Assembly: GCA_000388065.2 (NCBI GenBank)
Contig: KB932206.1
Source: Fonticula alba ATCC 38817
Lineage: Eukaryota; Protista; Nucleariida
Reading direction: 5' to 3' (one strand)
Length of the DNA stretch: 64,000 bases
Below are positions 37,203-49,549 of the stretch, one piece after another. A program made the translations under genes and the position numbers. Below the pieces are notes generated by a model. It saw nothing but the letters and a program-made list of their open reading frames with translations. It was not told the DNA's origin and did not search any database. Positions within the stretch are counted from its first letter, which is position 1, and each line of letters opens with the position of its first letter.

Positions 37203-37289
37203 ATGTCCCTTGCTCGCGTTGCTCTCCGCTCTCTTGCTCCCCTCGCCCGTGCTGGCGCTGGCGCTCGCTTTGCCGCCCCCGCTGCTGCC
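37203..37289 (+). CDS. Isolated first exon encoding a mitochondrial-type presequence (probably belongs to the downstream peroxiredoxin)
   Basis: MSLARVALRSLAPLARAGAGARFAAPAAA is Arg/Ala/Leu-rich with no acidic residues and shows biased GCT/CTC/CGC codon use. It is followed by a phase-0 GTGCGT donor. Confidence 0.6.
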
Positions 37290-37428
37290 GTGCGTTCTCC
37301 TCCATCTTTGGTGTCCTTCTCTCTCTTCTCTCTCTCTCTCTTTGTATTTGTCGCCCCTCCTGTCGACGGCCAGCCGCTTCGATGTGCACGCGTGTACATC
37401 TGCTTATGTGCATGCGTTTCTACTTCGT

Positions 37429-37431
<3 letters not shown>

Positions 37432-37467
<36 letters not shown>

Positions 37468-37565
37468 GTCTGTCTGTCTGTCTGTCTGTCCGTCTGTCTG
37501 TCCGTCTGTCTGTCCGTCTGTCTGTCCGTCTGTCTGTCCGTCTGTCTGTCTGTCCGTCTGTCTGT
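37432..37565. repeat. (GT)n followed by (GTCCGTCTGTCT)n
   Basis: Visible tandem repeats. Confidence 0.95.
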
Positions 37566-39573
37566 ATCTGCTTGTGTGTCCATGTGTGGTATCCATGTCC
37601 TGTGTCAGATCTGGCCCTTGGTGAAATGGCGAGCCCTCCACAACGTATTGTGATCTGCCTGCGCGCTGGCGGGCTGATGTTCCATCGGGCCGCTACGCGG
37701 CGTGTGGGCATGCCCATGGTCCGTGCTCGTGGTCCTCATACCCCCGTCAGTCAGTGATGGGGAGAGGGGAGAGTTGAAGGCAGCCTTGCGTCAGCGTCCA
37801 CTCACGCACGCGCCTCCATTCGGGGTTTGCATTTGTATCCCTCCAGTATGTTCGATCTGCTCCTTTCTCTCTATCCCCCACACCTGTGTGTGTGTGTGTG
37901 TGTGTGCGTGTGTATGTATGCATTTATGCATGTATGTGTGCCCGTCTGTGTCCGTCTGGGCCCGTCCGTCTGTTCGTTTGCTCGAGAGTCCATCTGTGTC
38001 TGTGTAGGAAATTCCCCTGCATATGTGTGTGTGTGTGCCTTCACTCCCCGGTCAGTGTCCTCTTCGATGAGTGTTCCGGGCCCTCTCCCTTCATTTTTCT
38101 CCCGCATCTCCATGTTCCAGCGCCGTGTGACAAAAGCACCGTCGCTGGGGCGCGCGGGGCAAGGGAGAGACAGAGTAAGCCCAGGGGAGAGCCCCACCAT
38201 ATCCTGCCCGCCCCCTTGGCGGGCGGGAGAGGGACAAAAAAGGGGCCAGTCCAAGGCTCCCAATGGACCGGACAACCTGGTGTGTCTGAACACGTGCCCA
38301 CGGGCCGAACATTCTCGATGCCCGCCCGAGCGCGCCTTTCCGTCTCCGAGCACATACGCGCGCACCGCTGCTGCTCTCCGTCATTGCCGGGAGGACCGAT
38401 CGTGCGGCGGCCCAAACGCGCATATGCGGTCCCCCCACGCCGCCCCCTGTGCGCGTGTGCGTGTGTTGCTTGCTCTCGCGACAATGATGGCACGCGCACT
38501 GGGCGCCCCCGGCGGCCCGGAGCGGGCCCAGGGGCTTTTCTCGCGCCATTAGTAATCGGGCGGCTTCTGGGGCGATATATGGGGGCTGGACACCCTTGGT
38601 GACCTCGGGCGACCCCCCTTTGCGGTTTCCCTTTGCCCAGTTGTGGTGGTTCACTTTCCGGCCCTCCCCCTTTTTGACCAGTATCGTCCTGTGTGCGGGC
38701 ATTCCCCAGCTGCGGCTGTTCCCCGTGAATTTCTTGTGCTCCTTGCCCGAAAGCCACCAGGGCGGGACATGGCCAGAGAGAGAGAGAGAGGAAGACAGAA
38801 ACTTGTGCTTGTTGCCATGGGGATTCTCCCCCCCCCCCCCCGCCCCACACACCCACATTGTCATGTGGTTCCCTGGGCTAGAGAGCCCCGCTCTAGGGTT
38901 TTTCTTGTCATCCTGGTTGACAATCGGTTCAATGTTGTGCGCGTTCGCGCGCGCACACACACACACACGTTGGTGTGCCGATTGTTGGCCAGCCTGGCAG
39001 CCCCCCCCCCCCCTACACTTGTCCCCGTCGGGGGCCGCACCCCAGAGGGGGCCCGCGGCGACACACGCACTTGCCTGTTGTCCAGTGTGTGTGTGTGTGG
39101 GTGGGTGGGACGAGCGGCGGACCCCCTGCCCCGTTTGTCGGGGCTGGCACCTGGGCCGGAGGGTCGCTGGGTGTTGAATGTGTATTGTTTTCTCCCCCCC
39201 GCAACGCGCACTTACTAAGCCCTTCCTTCCGCGTCTCTCCCCCCCCNNNNNNNNNNNNNNNNNNNNNNNNNNNNNNNNNNNNNNNNNNNNNNNNNNNNNN
39301 NNNNNNNNNNNNNNNNNNNNNNNNNNNNNNNNNNNNNNNNNNNNNNNNNNNNNNNNNNNNNNNNNNNNNNNNNNNNNNNNNNNNNNNNNNNNNNNNNNNN
39401 NNNNNNNNNNNNNNNNNNNNNNNNNNNNNNNNNNNNNNNNNNNNNNNNNNNNNNNNNNNNNNNNNNNNNNNNNNNNNNNNNNNNNNNNNNNNNNNNNNNN
39501 NNNNNNNNNNNNNNNNNNNNNNNNNNNNNNNNNNNNNNNNNNNNNNNNNNNNNNNNNNNNNNNNNNNNNNNNN

Positions 39574-40164
39574 ATGACCACCCCCTCCATTCGCAAGCCC
39601 GCCCCCGCCTTCACCGCCAAGGCCCTCGTCGACGGCGAGTTCAAGCAGATCTCCCTGTCCGACTACCTCGGCAAGTATGTCGTCCTCTTCTTCTACCCCC
39701 TGGACTTCACCTTCGTCTGCCCCACCGAGATCATCGCCTTCTCCGACAACATCCAGAAGTTCAAGGACATCAACACCGAGGTGATCGCCGTCTCCGTCGA
39801 CTCCGTCTTCACCCACCTCGCCTGGACCAACACCCCCCGCAAGGCTGGTGGCATCGGCCCGATCTCCTACCCCATGGTCTCCGACATGAGCCGCGAGATC
39901 GCCAAGGACTACGGTGTCCTCATCCCCGAGGAGCACATTGCCCTCCGTGGTCTGTTCATCATCGACGACAAGGGTATCCTCCGCCAGGTGACCATCAACG
40001 ACAACGCCGTCGGCCGCTCCGTCGAGGAGGCCCTGCGCCTGGTCTCCGCCTTCCAGTTCCACGACAAGCACGGTGAGGTCTGCCCCGCCGGCTGGAACCC
40101 CGGCCAGGATGGCCTCCCCACCAGCCAGGATGGTGCCGCCGCCTACTTCGAGAAGCACAACTAA
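39574..40164 (+). CDS. Typical 2-Cys peroxiredoxin (AhpC/Prx1 subfamily)
   Basis: [15 protein letters not shown] (peroxidatic Cys), GEVCPAGW (resolving Cys), GGIG and C-terminal YF motifs. Strong codon bias suggests high expression. The upstream region is in a gap. Confidence 0.97.
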   Translation: MTTPSIRKPAPAFTAKALVDGEFKQISLSDYLGKYVVLFFYPLDFTFVCPTEIIAFSDNIQKFKDINTEVIAVSVDSVFTHLAWTNTPRKAGGIGPISYPMVSDMSREIAKDYGVLIPEEHIALRGLFIIDDKGILRQVTINDNAVGRSVEEALRLVSAFQFHDKHGEVCPAGWNPGQDGLPTSQDGAAAYFEKHN

Positions 40165-40547
40165 GCGCACTCTCCGCTTGGGGTGTCCCGCTCTCTCATG
40201 CATGTAAGTCTGCCATGTGAGGGCGCTCTCTGGGCCCCGACGGGCGTGTGGGCGGCCGCGCCCACCGCGCCATGGATGCCGACATGTCTGTTGTTGCTCC
40301 TCGCGCACGTGTGTGCTGCGCGCGCGCGCGCGTCGTGTGACGCTCATCCTTCGGCGTCCCCCCCTCCCCACCGGCAACCAAGCGCGCCCCCTCCCCCCCT
40401 ATATGTCTCTTGTAGGCGGAGGTGTGCCGGGTTTGCAAAGGGGAGGAGGGGTCCGCCGACGAAATATACTCCCTCCCGAACACTTCCCCTCCCCAGAATC
40501 GACATGCCCCATGCCTGTGCGGGTAGGTCTGACCCCAACCATCCCTT

Positions 40548-40590
<43 letters not shown>

Positions 40591-41786
40591 GCGGGCGGAT
40601 GGGCACCCCGTTGGTCAGCTTCAGCCATCTGGGCTGCTGGCAAGGGCCAGGGGCGTATCCTGTCCGCCTTTTTTTTTCTGGGGGGGGGGGGCGGGGCACA
40701 AGGCCGCGCCGTGCGAAGGGCGGCAGTTCCTCCGGATGCCAGGGCTGGCAGCGCGCTGGGCACACCTGGTGCGGAGGGGGGGGCCGAGGGCTGACAGCGC
40801 TTGGACTGGCGCACGCTCGATCGCCACCCCGGCTGTACGATCGCACCCGGCAGACCGGCAACACAGGGCGAGGGGAGCGGGGGATACGCCCAGCAACGCG
40901 CTCCTCCCCGCACGTCCGGGCCAGCCAGCAGGCGCGGAAGCCCGGCCCGGCCGCTGACAAAGCTGTCTTGGCGGCCCTGCCACCGGATAGCCGTGTAAAT
41001 GCCCATCCGTCGGGACCATCCCGAGCGCAGCGCCGTCAGTTGCCGCGCCGGCCTTCCCGCAAATTGGTCAAACATCGCGTTTCCGCCCCAGGGGCATCCT
41101 GTGCTTCTTTCCCTTCTCCCGAGCCGACGACCCAAGAAATGCCCCCCCCCCNNNNNNNNNNCCCGAGCCGACGACCCAAGAAATGCCCCCCCCCCCCCCC
41201 CCCCCCCCCCCCCACAGCACCAGTGGCGCGTCTCCGGGGGTTGGAGTGGCGGGGCGCGAGGCGCGGGGATCTGCCCGTTCTGCCAGCCACACTAGTCCGA
41301 GCGGGGGGGGGGGGGCGCCCTTTCTCGCACTTCCTCCCGCCTTCTTGGGGGGCCCCGGGGATGCTGGGGCCGCGCGCCAGGCACAGCCTGTTGTCGCAGC
41401 CGTCGGCCGGGGAAGATCGGCCGAGCGGCTTCCCGGCGGTTTGTTGTCCATTCGTTCTTGTCTGCGGCCGCGCCTCCGGCCGGCCTCCTGCCCGTCCGCC
41501 AGCAAGCCGGCCACCGTGCGCCGGCGCCGCAGTCCGGAACCACAGCTGACAGTCAATTAAGGCATGCACGCCCCGGGCCTTTCGTTTTTTCGGCAGGCGC
41601 AGCTCCCGGACCTTCGCCCCCCAGGCGGACCCGACACCGTGTTTCGCCTGCCTCCCCCCGCCCTTTTCGCTCTTCCTCCCTCCCTTGCCTTCCCTTCCCC
41701 TCCGCTTCTGCCCCCCCCCCCCCCCCCCTCCCTCCCCCTGCCCCTGCCCCACCGAGGTCGAGGACGGCCGCAACTTTCTCTTCGCC

Positions 41787-43141
41787 ATGGTGCTCTTCAC
41801 CTGGATCTTCCGCGTGCACGGGCCAACCCTCATGGCCATGCACGACCTGGCACCTTCACTGGTACGCTCATGCGTGCCCGGCCGGCTGGCAGCTGGCGCC
41901 CTCCCCCCATGATCTCATCTTCTGCTTCGGCCAATGGCCCTCTCTGACATCCCGTCTTCCACGGCCCCTCCTCCCCCCTCCATGCTTCGCCCGGCTGCAG
42001 CAACGTGTCGACGAGCGCGATCAGGCTGCCCTCCGAAACCAGGGCAAGGCCATCATCAACCGCTTCGAGTTCAGTGCCAACTCCGCCAAGGCACTGCACA
42101 TCAACGACGACAGCGGCCGATACTTCTTCACGTGCGCCTTCTGCCCCACTCCCCCGCCTGCCTCCCAGCTCGCGCCCCCTTTCCGGTGTCCGCGACGTGC
42201 TCGGCTGAGGCCAGCATCTAATTCGCCATCNNNNNNNNNNNNNNNNNNNNNNNNNNNNNNNNNNNNNNNNNNNNNNNNNNNNNNNNNNNNNNNNNNNNNN
42301 NNNNNNNNNCCCTCCCCCGCCCCCAGTTACCGGATTGTCGGCGACATTGGCTTCATGTGCTGTTGCCAGAGCCGGTACTCTCGCATCCACGCCCTCCAGT
42401 ACATCGAGGACCTGGCCGACAGCTTCTTCCGCCAGTTTTCCCAGGAAGTGATTGCCTCCTCGGTCCGGCCCTTCTCCCTGATGGCCTTTGGTGCGAGCCC
42501 GACGGGCGCATGCGCGCGCGCGCGCGCGCGCAGCCCTCCCCACTCGCATGCGAATGGGGCACATACTGACCCTCCCCGTCCCCGTCGCCGCCCTCGGCAG
42601 AATCCACCGTCCAACGCCTGACCCGGGAATTCAACGACTCGTCGCTGCTCTCGGCTCGTGAGGCCACCTCCCGCGGGGCTGGCGCCGTGTCCAGCGATGT
42701 CAGCACCGGCGTCTCATCCAATACCCACCGCGCTAGCCATTTGTCCTCCCTCAACGAGGAGCTGGTCGATGTGGCTCGTGTCATGACCATCGGCATGAAG
42801 GACGTCCTGGACCGGGGAGTCAAGCTGGACAGTACGCGCCCTCCTCCGTGTGGCTTGCTGCCATTTCCCCCTGTCGCTGTGCCGCCTCCCCGCCTCCTCC
42901 CTTTTGCGGCCCATCTAACCCCCCCCCCCCCCCCGCTTGCTGGCACGCAAGCCCCCCCCCCCCCCCCGTGGCACCAGCCATGGAGACCATGTCCAGCCAC
43001 CTGTCCGTCGCAGCCAAGGAGTACAACCGCCAGACGCGTAACCTCAACTGGCAGGCCATGCTCCGCCGGTATGGTCCGCCGGTTGTGGTCCTGCTTGTGG
43101 TCCTTCTTGTTTTCATCTTCTACTGGGGTGTGCTCCGGTAA
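41787..43141 (+). CDS. SEC22: SEC22-like longin R-SNARE
   Basis: Five phase-consistent exons. Longin domain (MVLFTWIFRV..., RPFSLMAFE), SNARE helix with zero-layer Arg (DVLDRG), AKEYNRQTRNLNW, and C-terminal TM (VVVLLVVLLVFIFYW). Confidence 0.88.
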
Positions 43142-43382
43142 GTCACCAGCTGTCTCCTCCCCTCCAACCCCTTGTGGGCTTTTTCTTTTCTTCCCCCCCC
43201 CCCCCCCCGGCGGGTGCCTTTCACCAACTTGGGGGCCGGGAAAAAGCGAGGCAAGGGCGGAGGGGCAGCAGGCGCGACAACTGCTGGGCCTTCCCCTTTT
43301 GTCCTTTTCTCGTCCTCCCTTCCCCCGTCCACCTGGACACCTGACTGTCCTCGTTGCCGGATAAATACATCCAATACAGACA

Positions 43383-43413
<31 letters not shown>

Positions 43414-43723
43414 GCACGCACACACACACACACACACGCACACTCATGAAAATATGCATGCACCAATTATGTGCCGGCAAACGCACACCCTCCCCGTGCC
43501 AGAGGGGCCTTTGGAACAACGAAAAATGTAAATATATATTTCTAAATGTGCATCTCCCCAGCCTTGGGCAGATGGCACCAGGAGCACGTTCATGGGCTCC
43601 ACTTTCTCCGGTTAGCATCTGCACACACACACACACCTGCAAGCATGATACACATATGTGCATATATATATATGTATGTGTGTGTGTGTATGTGCATGCG
43701 AGTGTGGCTTTTGTGCGCATGGT

Positions 43724-46700
43724 CTAGGCCGATGCCAGGCCCAGTAGGCCGATCGGCAGGAGGGCCAGCAGCCAGCCCGCCTGGTAGATGAGCAGCGGGG
43801 CAAAGACCGTCCAGATGAACAGATGGCCCCGCATGATGGTGGCCGAGACCAACGCCCAGCCGGCAGGCCAGCACACCAAGCCCACCCAAGCCAGGCCAAA
43901 TGAGGGTCCACCACCGGGCGGGGCCCCCGCGGCCGGAGTTCCAGCCGCCAGAACCGCCAACAGCGGCCCGGCAAACAGGGCCACCGCCGACAGGGCGCCC
44001 ACCACCGGCGGGTAGAACCCCGGCAGCCCGGTGTAGGCTCCGCCAAAATCGATGGTCCCAATGCTGTTGGTGTTGCCAAGAGCAAAGAAGGCTGCCCGGG
44101 CCAGGACCAGCCGCACGGCCAGCGGGCCCAGATGCCGCGCCACGCCGAGAAGGTCGGCCCTCGGGCTGGCAGCCATGGTCCCGGGCAGGGGCGCCGCCTC
44201 GGCCAAGTACAGGCCCAGCTCCACGATGACCAGCAGCAGGGCCGCCTGGTGCGACCGACTCAATAGCACCGTATGCAGGAAGACCAGTCGCACGAGGGCC
44301 AGGTGAGCGCCGCGACCGGTGGGCCCACGCCGGGTGATCCACGCGAGCCACGCGGCGACCGCCAGCCCCGGCAAGTACACGAGGTAGAACCCGCGCGCAA
44401 GGAGATCAGCCAACGGCCCCGGGGCGGCCAGTAGGCGCGACCGGTGGAGGACCACCGGCAGGGCACCCAAGGCCGACCCCAGGCCGAGAGCAGCTTGCCC
44501 GGGGCCCGGGCGCGTGCGCGCCGGCCCCCACCCCACCGCCAGCACCAGCAGCAGGTCCGCCAGCACCGGTCGCAGGAGCCCGCCAGTTTGGTCATCGAAG
44601 AAGCGTCGCACTGGGCCGCTCACCGCGTACTCGAGGAAACCCATGGGGTTCCAGATGTACAGGAGTCGGGCCAGGAGGGCCGGCCACAGGAGCCGCGCCA
44701 GCCGGCCGAGAGTCCACGAGCTGGCGTCGAAGGACTTCGAGGCATCGCGCCAGGCCAGCAACAGGAGCACCGAGCTCAGCCCATAGAGCCAGACAAAATG
44801 CTCCTCCTCGACGAAGCTGCTCGAAAGGAAGGTCAGCGGCTGGGCGACCACCAGCAGCAGGGCCAGATACCCCCACCAGGGGCTGGCTGTCGGGCGATCG
44901 GTCAGCCGAGCCAGGCGCTTGGTCAGACTGGCCGCCTCGTAGCCGAGGAAGGCCACCAGCGCGAGGGGCAGCTCCACCATGCGCCTGTCGCCGGTGGACA
45001 GCATCCCCTGGCGCAGGTGCGGCTCCAGCACCAGGCCCACCGGGATGATCAGGGCCGCCGGGCGCAAGGGCGACTCCGGCCGGAGACGGTCCAGCAGCAG
45101 GAAGCCGCCCCAGCAAATGCCGGCCAAGATCACCGCTCGGGCAGGCAGAACCGTGAAAATGGATCTTCAAACGTGGCATCCGGCCGACGGGACAAGCAGG
45201 TCAGGCGGTGGGGCTGGATCAGAGGGAGAGGAGGGTGTTGCATGGGGAGGAGGAGGCGAGCGGGCGAGCGAGCGGGAGGGAAAGAGAGAGGGAAAGAGAG
45301 GGGGAAAGAGAGAGGGAAAGAGAGAGGGAAAGAGAGAGGGAAAGAGAGAGAGGCGGAGAGGCGACAGGCCCCGACAAAATGGCGCACCGGGCCGAAGTGA
45401 AGGCAAAGTTCGCCCGCGGGAAGAGAGCCGCATGCAAGGCAAAGTAGGCCACCGCCAGCAGGCAGCAGGCCAAGTACATGAGTTTGGTGAAGTCGGTCGT
45501 GCGGGAGGTTGCCTGCCGGACCAGGGCCAGATGCGCGGCATTCAGGAAGGAATCGTAGGCCACCGTGGCCGCGTCGCAGTGCGCCAGGGCCGACATGGCC
45601 AGGGCCTGGCGCGCCTCGGAGGCCTGATCCTTCAAGCCCAGCCCGGCCTGGAGGTTGCCCAAGCACTCCCGATGCAGGGACACCGCCGACACCAAAGCAT
45701 CCAACGCCGTGGGGTCGGTGCTCTGGTCGGGCCCTGGCCCGGGGGCGGCCGGTGGCGCGCGCGGCCGACCGTACGCCAACTTCCGGCCGGTGAATTGCTC
45801 CACCAGCGACAGAAGGTAGGCCAACGGCGAGCCGATGGGGACCTGCTGCCGGCGGGCCGGGGCCACTGGCGGCGGGACCGCCCCGGCGGCTACCGCTCCG
45901 CCAGGCGACCAAAACCACAAGCGTGCCAGCTGCTGGGCATTCGAGGCGAAATGCTGCGCCGAAGCCAGCGACATGGCCAGCTGCCCGTCTGCCGGGGCAA
46001 TGGCCGGGGAGGAGGAGGAGGAGGAGGAGGAGAACCAAGCGGTGGTTAGTGCGGCTGGTAGTGGGGGGGGGAGGGGGGAGGGGAGACGGGCCGAGAGGGA
46101 CTCCTGCCAGGCGGGGACATCTATGACAGCCCGCGGTCGCCCAGCCGGATGGCCAAATGCAGGCACCACGCACCGAGGGTCGAGACAGGGGGAACAGGCA
46201 ACCGAGCCAGGGAGGGGACCACACGGCCGACATTGTCCGCCGGCACAGGGACCCCGAGCAGGGCAGCCAGCGACGCGGCCAGGTCAATTTGGTCCATGGT
46301 CGGCGGGATGCTGTCACGCTCGCGGTCGAACTCCGGCCGCCGGGTACGCCGGCAAACCGTTCCCTCCGGACTCCCAGTCCAGTAGGCCACATCGCGCGGC
46401 AGGGGATGCTCAGTGGATGGCGCCACAAACAGGGCGATGGCCGAGCGCTCGCCCTCGGACGCGCCGCCATGGTTGCCAATCTGGCGGCCGGAGGGAAACC
46501 CCCAGGGGCAGTCGGGCGCCGGGAGAAAGGGCGCCAGGAGCCAAGGGCCGGCAGAGATCGCAGGACCAGATAGTTAGCCACAGGAGACGGGGGGGGGGGG
46601 GGGAGTGCCGGGTGTGTCGGCCGGTCGGGCGCACCTCGTTCATGCCGTGATCGCTGAGCAGCACGACGACCGTGCGCTTGCCATCGCGCGTGTCGGCCTC

Positions 46701-48577
46701 CCGGGCGCCGCGACACACCCGGGCCAGGACCAAATCCATCTCGCGCTGCTTTTGCGGCATCAGGCTCGGACTGCGCGGCCCCTCCAGGTGGCCGGCATGG
46801 TCCAGGCCAAGGTAGTGCAGGACCAGCAGGTCCCACGGGTCGGTGCTCGGGCTGAATTCCGCGTCCAAGTGCCGGGTGACGTTCCGGTCCACTTCGACCG
46901 TATCCTATGCCGGGCCCGGCGGCGCCGGACATACAAGGGCAGGGGCAAGGAGCGCTCAGTCAGCGGACGCGTCGGGCCACAGGAGCCGGCCGGGCAAATG
47001 CAAGCCCCCAACATACACTGACAAAGAAGGACGTAGTCCCCTCGAACCGGTCGAACGAGCCGGGGAACAGCCGCAGCCAGGTGTCATCACCATAGAAGGC
47101 CAGGCGTTTGCCGGCCTGCCGGAGCCGCGCCATCAGCGTGTCATAGGCGAAGGCCTCGCTGCCGCGCGACGATGCGGGCGCACCGCCGTCCGCCGGGTCC
47201 GGCGCCCCGGCATCGCCGCCCATCGGGAGCAGATTGTACACCAAGTCCATGAAGGAGGGGATTGTGCCCGAGACGATGGCTGCCAGGGGTGTCAACAGTC
47301 GGAAGGCGGAAGGCGGAGAGCGAGGCGAGGGGGGGGGGGGCGGGGGGGGGGGGGGGGGGACGGGAGAAGCCTGGCTCCCGCCGGCACAGAGGCCCGATGG
47401 AACATGGCGGTAAGAGGGAGATGAACCCCCAGGGAAGAGGGGGGGGGGGGGGGGGGGGGCAACAGGGAATCGAGAAAAAGGGGGGTTGAAGCAGGCCACT
47501 GGAGGGGCAGAGGTCCCGCGGGCCTACCCTTGATGCGCGGCATGGTGACCGTCGGCGAGTGGGCGAAGGCCCGGAAGGGCAGAGCACGCCCGGCGCGAAT
47601 CAGTCGCCGGGTAAAGTCGAAGGGGTGGATCTCGTTGCCGGGGACCTCGCGACCAGCCTGCAAGTCGGCCTGCAGGCCGGCCTCCCGATGGCGGCGAATG
47701 GACAGGGCCTCGGCCGCCGCCCAGTCGAAGGCATCGGGCGCGGTGGCTCGGCCGCCGGCAGTCAGAGCCGCCGCCGACACCGTGGTCAGGCCCTTGGGAC
47801 AGAGTGTGGCCGTGATGGAGGCCTGCGCGGTGTCATCGTCGAGGGGCGGCGGGGCCGCCGGGCTGCCGGCCGGCCGAAGCAGCGAGCCATCGAGGCTCCG
47901 GTCAATGCCAAGACGCTGAAGCTCGGCCGCGGCTGCGGCGAAATCGGCTCCCAGCGCGGGAGCCGGCTCAAACACCATGTCCGATCGCAGGGCATCGACC
48001 ATCAGGATGATCGCGCGGTCGAAGTGCCCGGCCGACTTGGTGGTGACATTCCCCTCGGCCGTGGCGGGGGGAAGGTGCTCACGCACGGCATCTGCCGTCT
48101 CCTCGGCCGTCGGGAAGCCCACGGAGCTGAACACGGCCCCCCATGCAAGCAGCGTCAGTCGGAGGGGCCGAGGCAAAACCCGCGCCCCTGTGCCGCGTGG
48201 AGAGGGCCGGGCAGGGGGGCAGGAGCAAGAGAGCAAGCAGCGACGCACGACAGAAACTCATCCACCTGGTTGATGGAAGGGTTGCTGAGAGACCCTTGGT
48301 CCGGGGTAAGGCGGCCAAAGGTCACCGATGGGCTTTTGGATCCCAGGAAGAGGAGAATGAAGCAGCAGGCTACCCCGGCGGCCAGGCCGGCCAGCAGGAG
48401 AGCCGCCACGCGTGAGAGCAGCGGCGTCCGGACGGGCCGAGCCGCCGAGCTGGCGGGGGCACCCGGGTGGCTGGAGGTCCCGGCCGCGCCAGGCCCCGGC
48501 GCGGCCAAAGGCCCGTCCGGTTGGGCAGCAGGCACACCGCGGCGGCGCTGCCGCACCTGGGCACCGGCATCAGCCAT
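43724..48577 (-). CDS. PIGG: GPI ethanolamine-phosphate transferase 2 (PIGG/GPI7)
   Basis: N-terminal TM, then VDALRSD, SPTVTMPRIK, SGTIPSFMD, FYGDDTWLRLFP, TTSFFVSDTVEVDRNVTRH, LHYLGLDHAGH, SDHGMNE-IGNHGGAS, QIDLAASLAALLGVP. The multi-TM C-half has FFALGNTNSIGTID and MRGHLFIWTVFAP. PIGO is less likely. Confidence 0.9.
45281..45350. repeat. 12-bp repeat (GAGAGAGGGAAA)n in a PIGG intron
   Basis: About five copies visible. Confidence 0.9.
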
Positions 48578-48911
48578 CGCGCCAGACAGGGGCCGAGGCG
48601 GGGCGCGGAGAAGAGGAGGGGGGGGGGGGGGGGCAGGGCGCATGCCCAGTCTCGCCGCGGCCAGATGCGTCGAGGGCTGTGCCTCGTAAGTCGGACTGCC
48701 CTCTGTGTTTGCGGCAATCTAGCGCGCCCTGCGTGGCGTGGCCGCCCGGATGATTTCCCGCCCGGGCTGCCGTCCGGTACCGGCGGCAACAAAACAATCA
48801 TGGGAAGAAGATCGCCGCCGGGTGCCGCCAGGGGGGGCGGGGGGAGATGGCGACCCCACGCACACCTGCACGTCGATAAATGCCCCATCTTCGAGGTTGC
48901 TGCCATGTGAA

Positions 48912-48984
48912 GCTCCTGTGGCTCAGTAGGTAGAGCGTGGGACTGTTAATCCCAAGGTCCGCGGTTCGATCCCGTGCGGGAGCG
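48912..48984 (+). tRNA. tRNA-Asn (anticodon GTT), intronless, 73 nt
   Basis: Cloverleaf: GCTCCTG/CGGGAGC acceptor stem, GCTC/GAGC D arm, TGGGA-CTGTTAA-TCCCA anticodon arm, CGCGG-TTCGATC-CCGTG T arm. A T-run terminator follows at about 48994-48999. Confidence 0.96.
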
Positions 48985-49549
48985 CACATCTCTCTTTTTG
49001 CCCGCCTCTCCCCGAGGTCACATTCTGTCTCCGGGCCGGTGCCTGCGTTCCGCCCATGGTGTGTTCCCGCACCCGGGGGCAGGAGGACGGGCGCACACAC
49101 GCACACGCACACGCACACGCACACACTCAGAGTGGATGCTTGGGGTGCGCACCTCTCCCGCGCCTGCTGGGGGGGGGGGGGGCTGGCAGCCGTTTCTCTC
49201 CCGGGGAGATCCCCTCAGGCAAGAGTTCAACACGCATCCTCTTTTGCTAGCACCCAGCGATTCCCGCCCAGTGAAGGGCGCCGGCTATTTTTTCCTGCAC
49301 AGCCCCGTCTGGCCCTCTCCTGCTGCATCTCTCCCCCCTCCCCTCCTCCGNNNNNNNNNNNNNNNNNNNNNNNNNNNNNNNNNNNNNNNNNNNNNNNNNN
49401 NNNNNNNNNNNNNNNNNNNNNNNNNNNNNNNNNNNNNNNNNNNNNNNNNNNNNNNNNNNNNNNNNNNNNNNNNNNNNNNNNNNNNNNNNNNNNNNNNNNN
49501 NNNNNNNNNNNNNNNNNNNNNNNNNNNNNNNCCACACACACACACACGT

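Noticed and set aside
41118-41200. ~34-bp direct repeat CCCGAGCCGACGACCCAAGAAATGCCCC...
   Set aside because: The copies flank a 10-N gap and end in poly-C. These are unmerged contig overlaps, not a real repeat or CRISPR unit.
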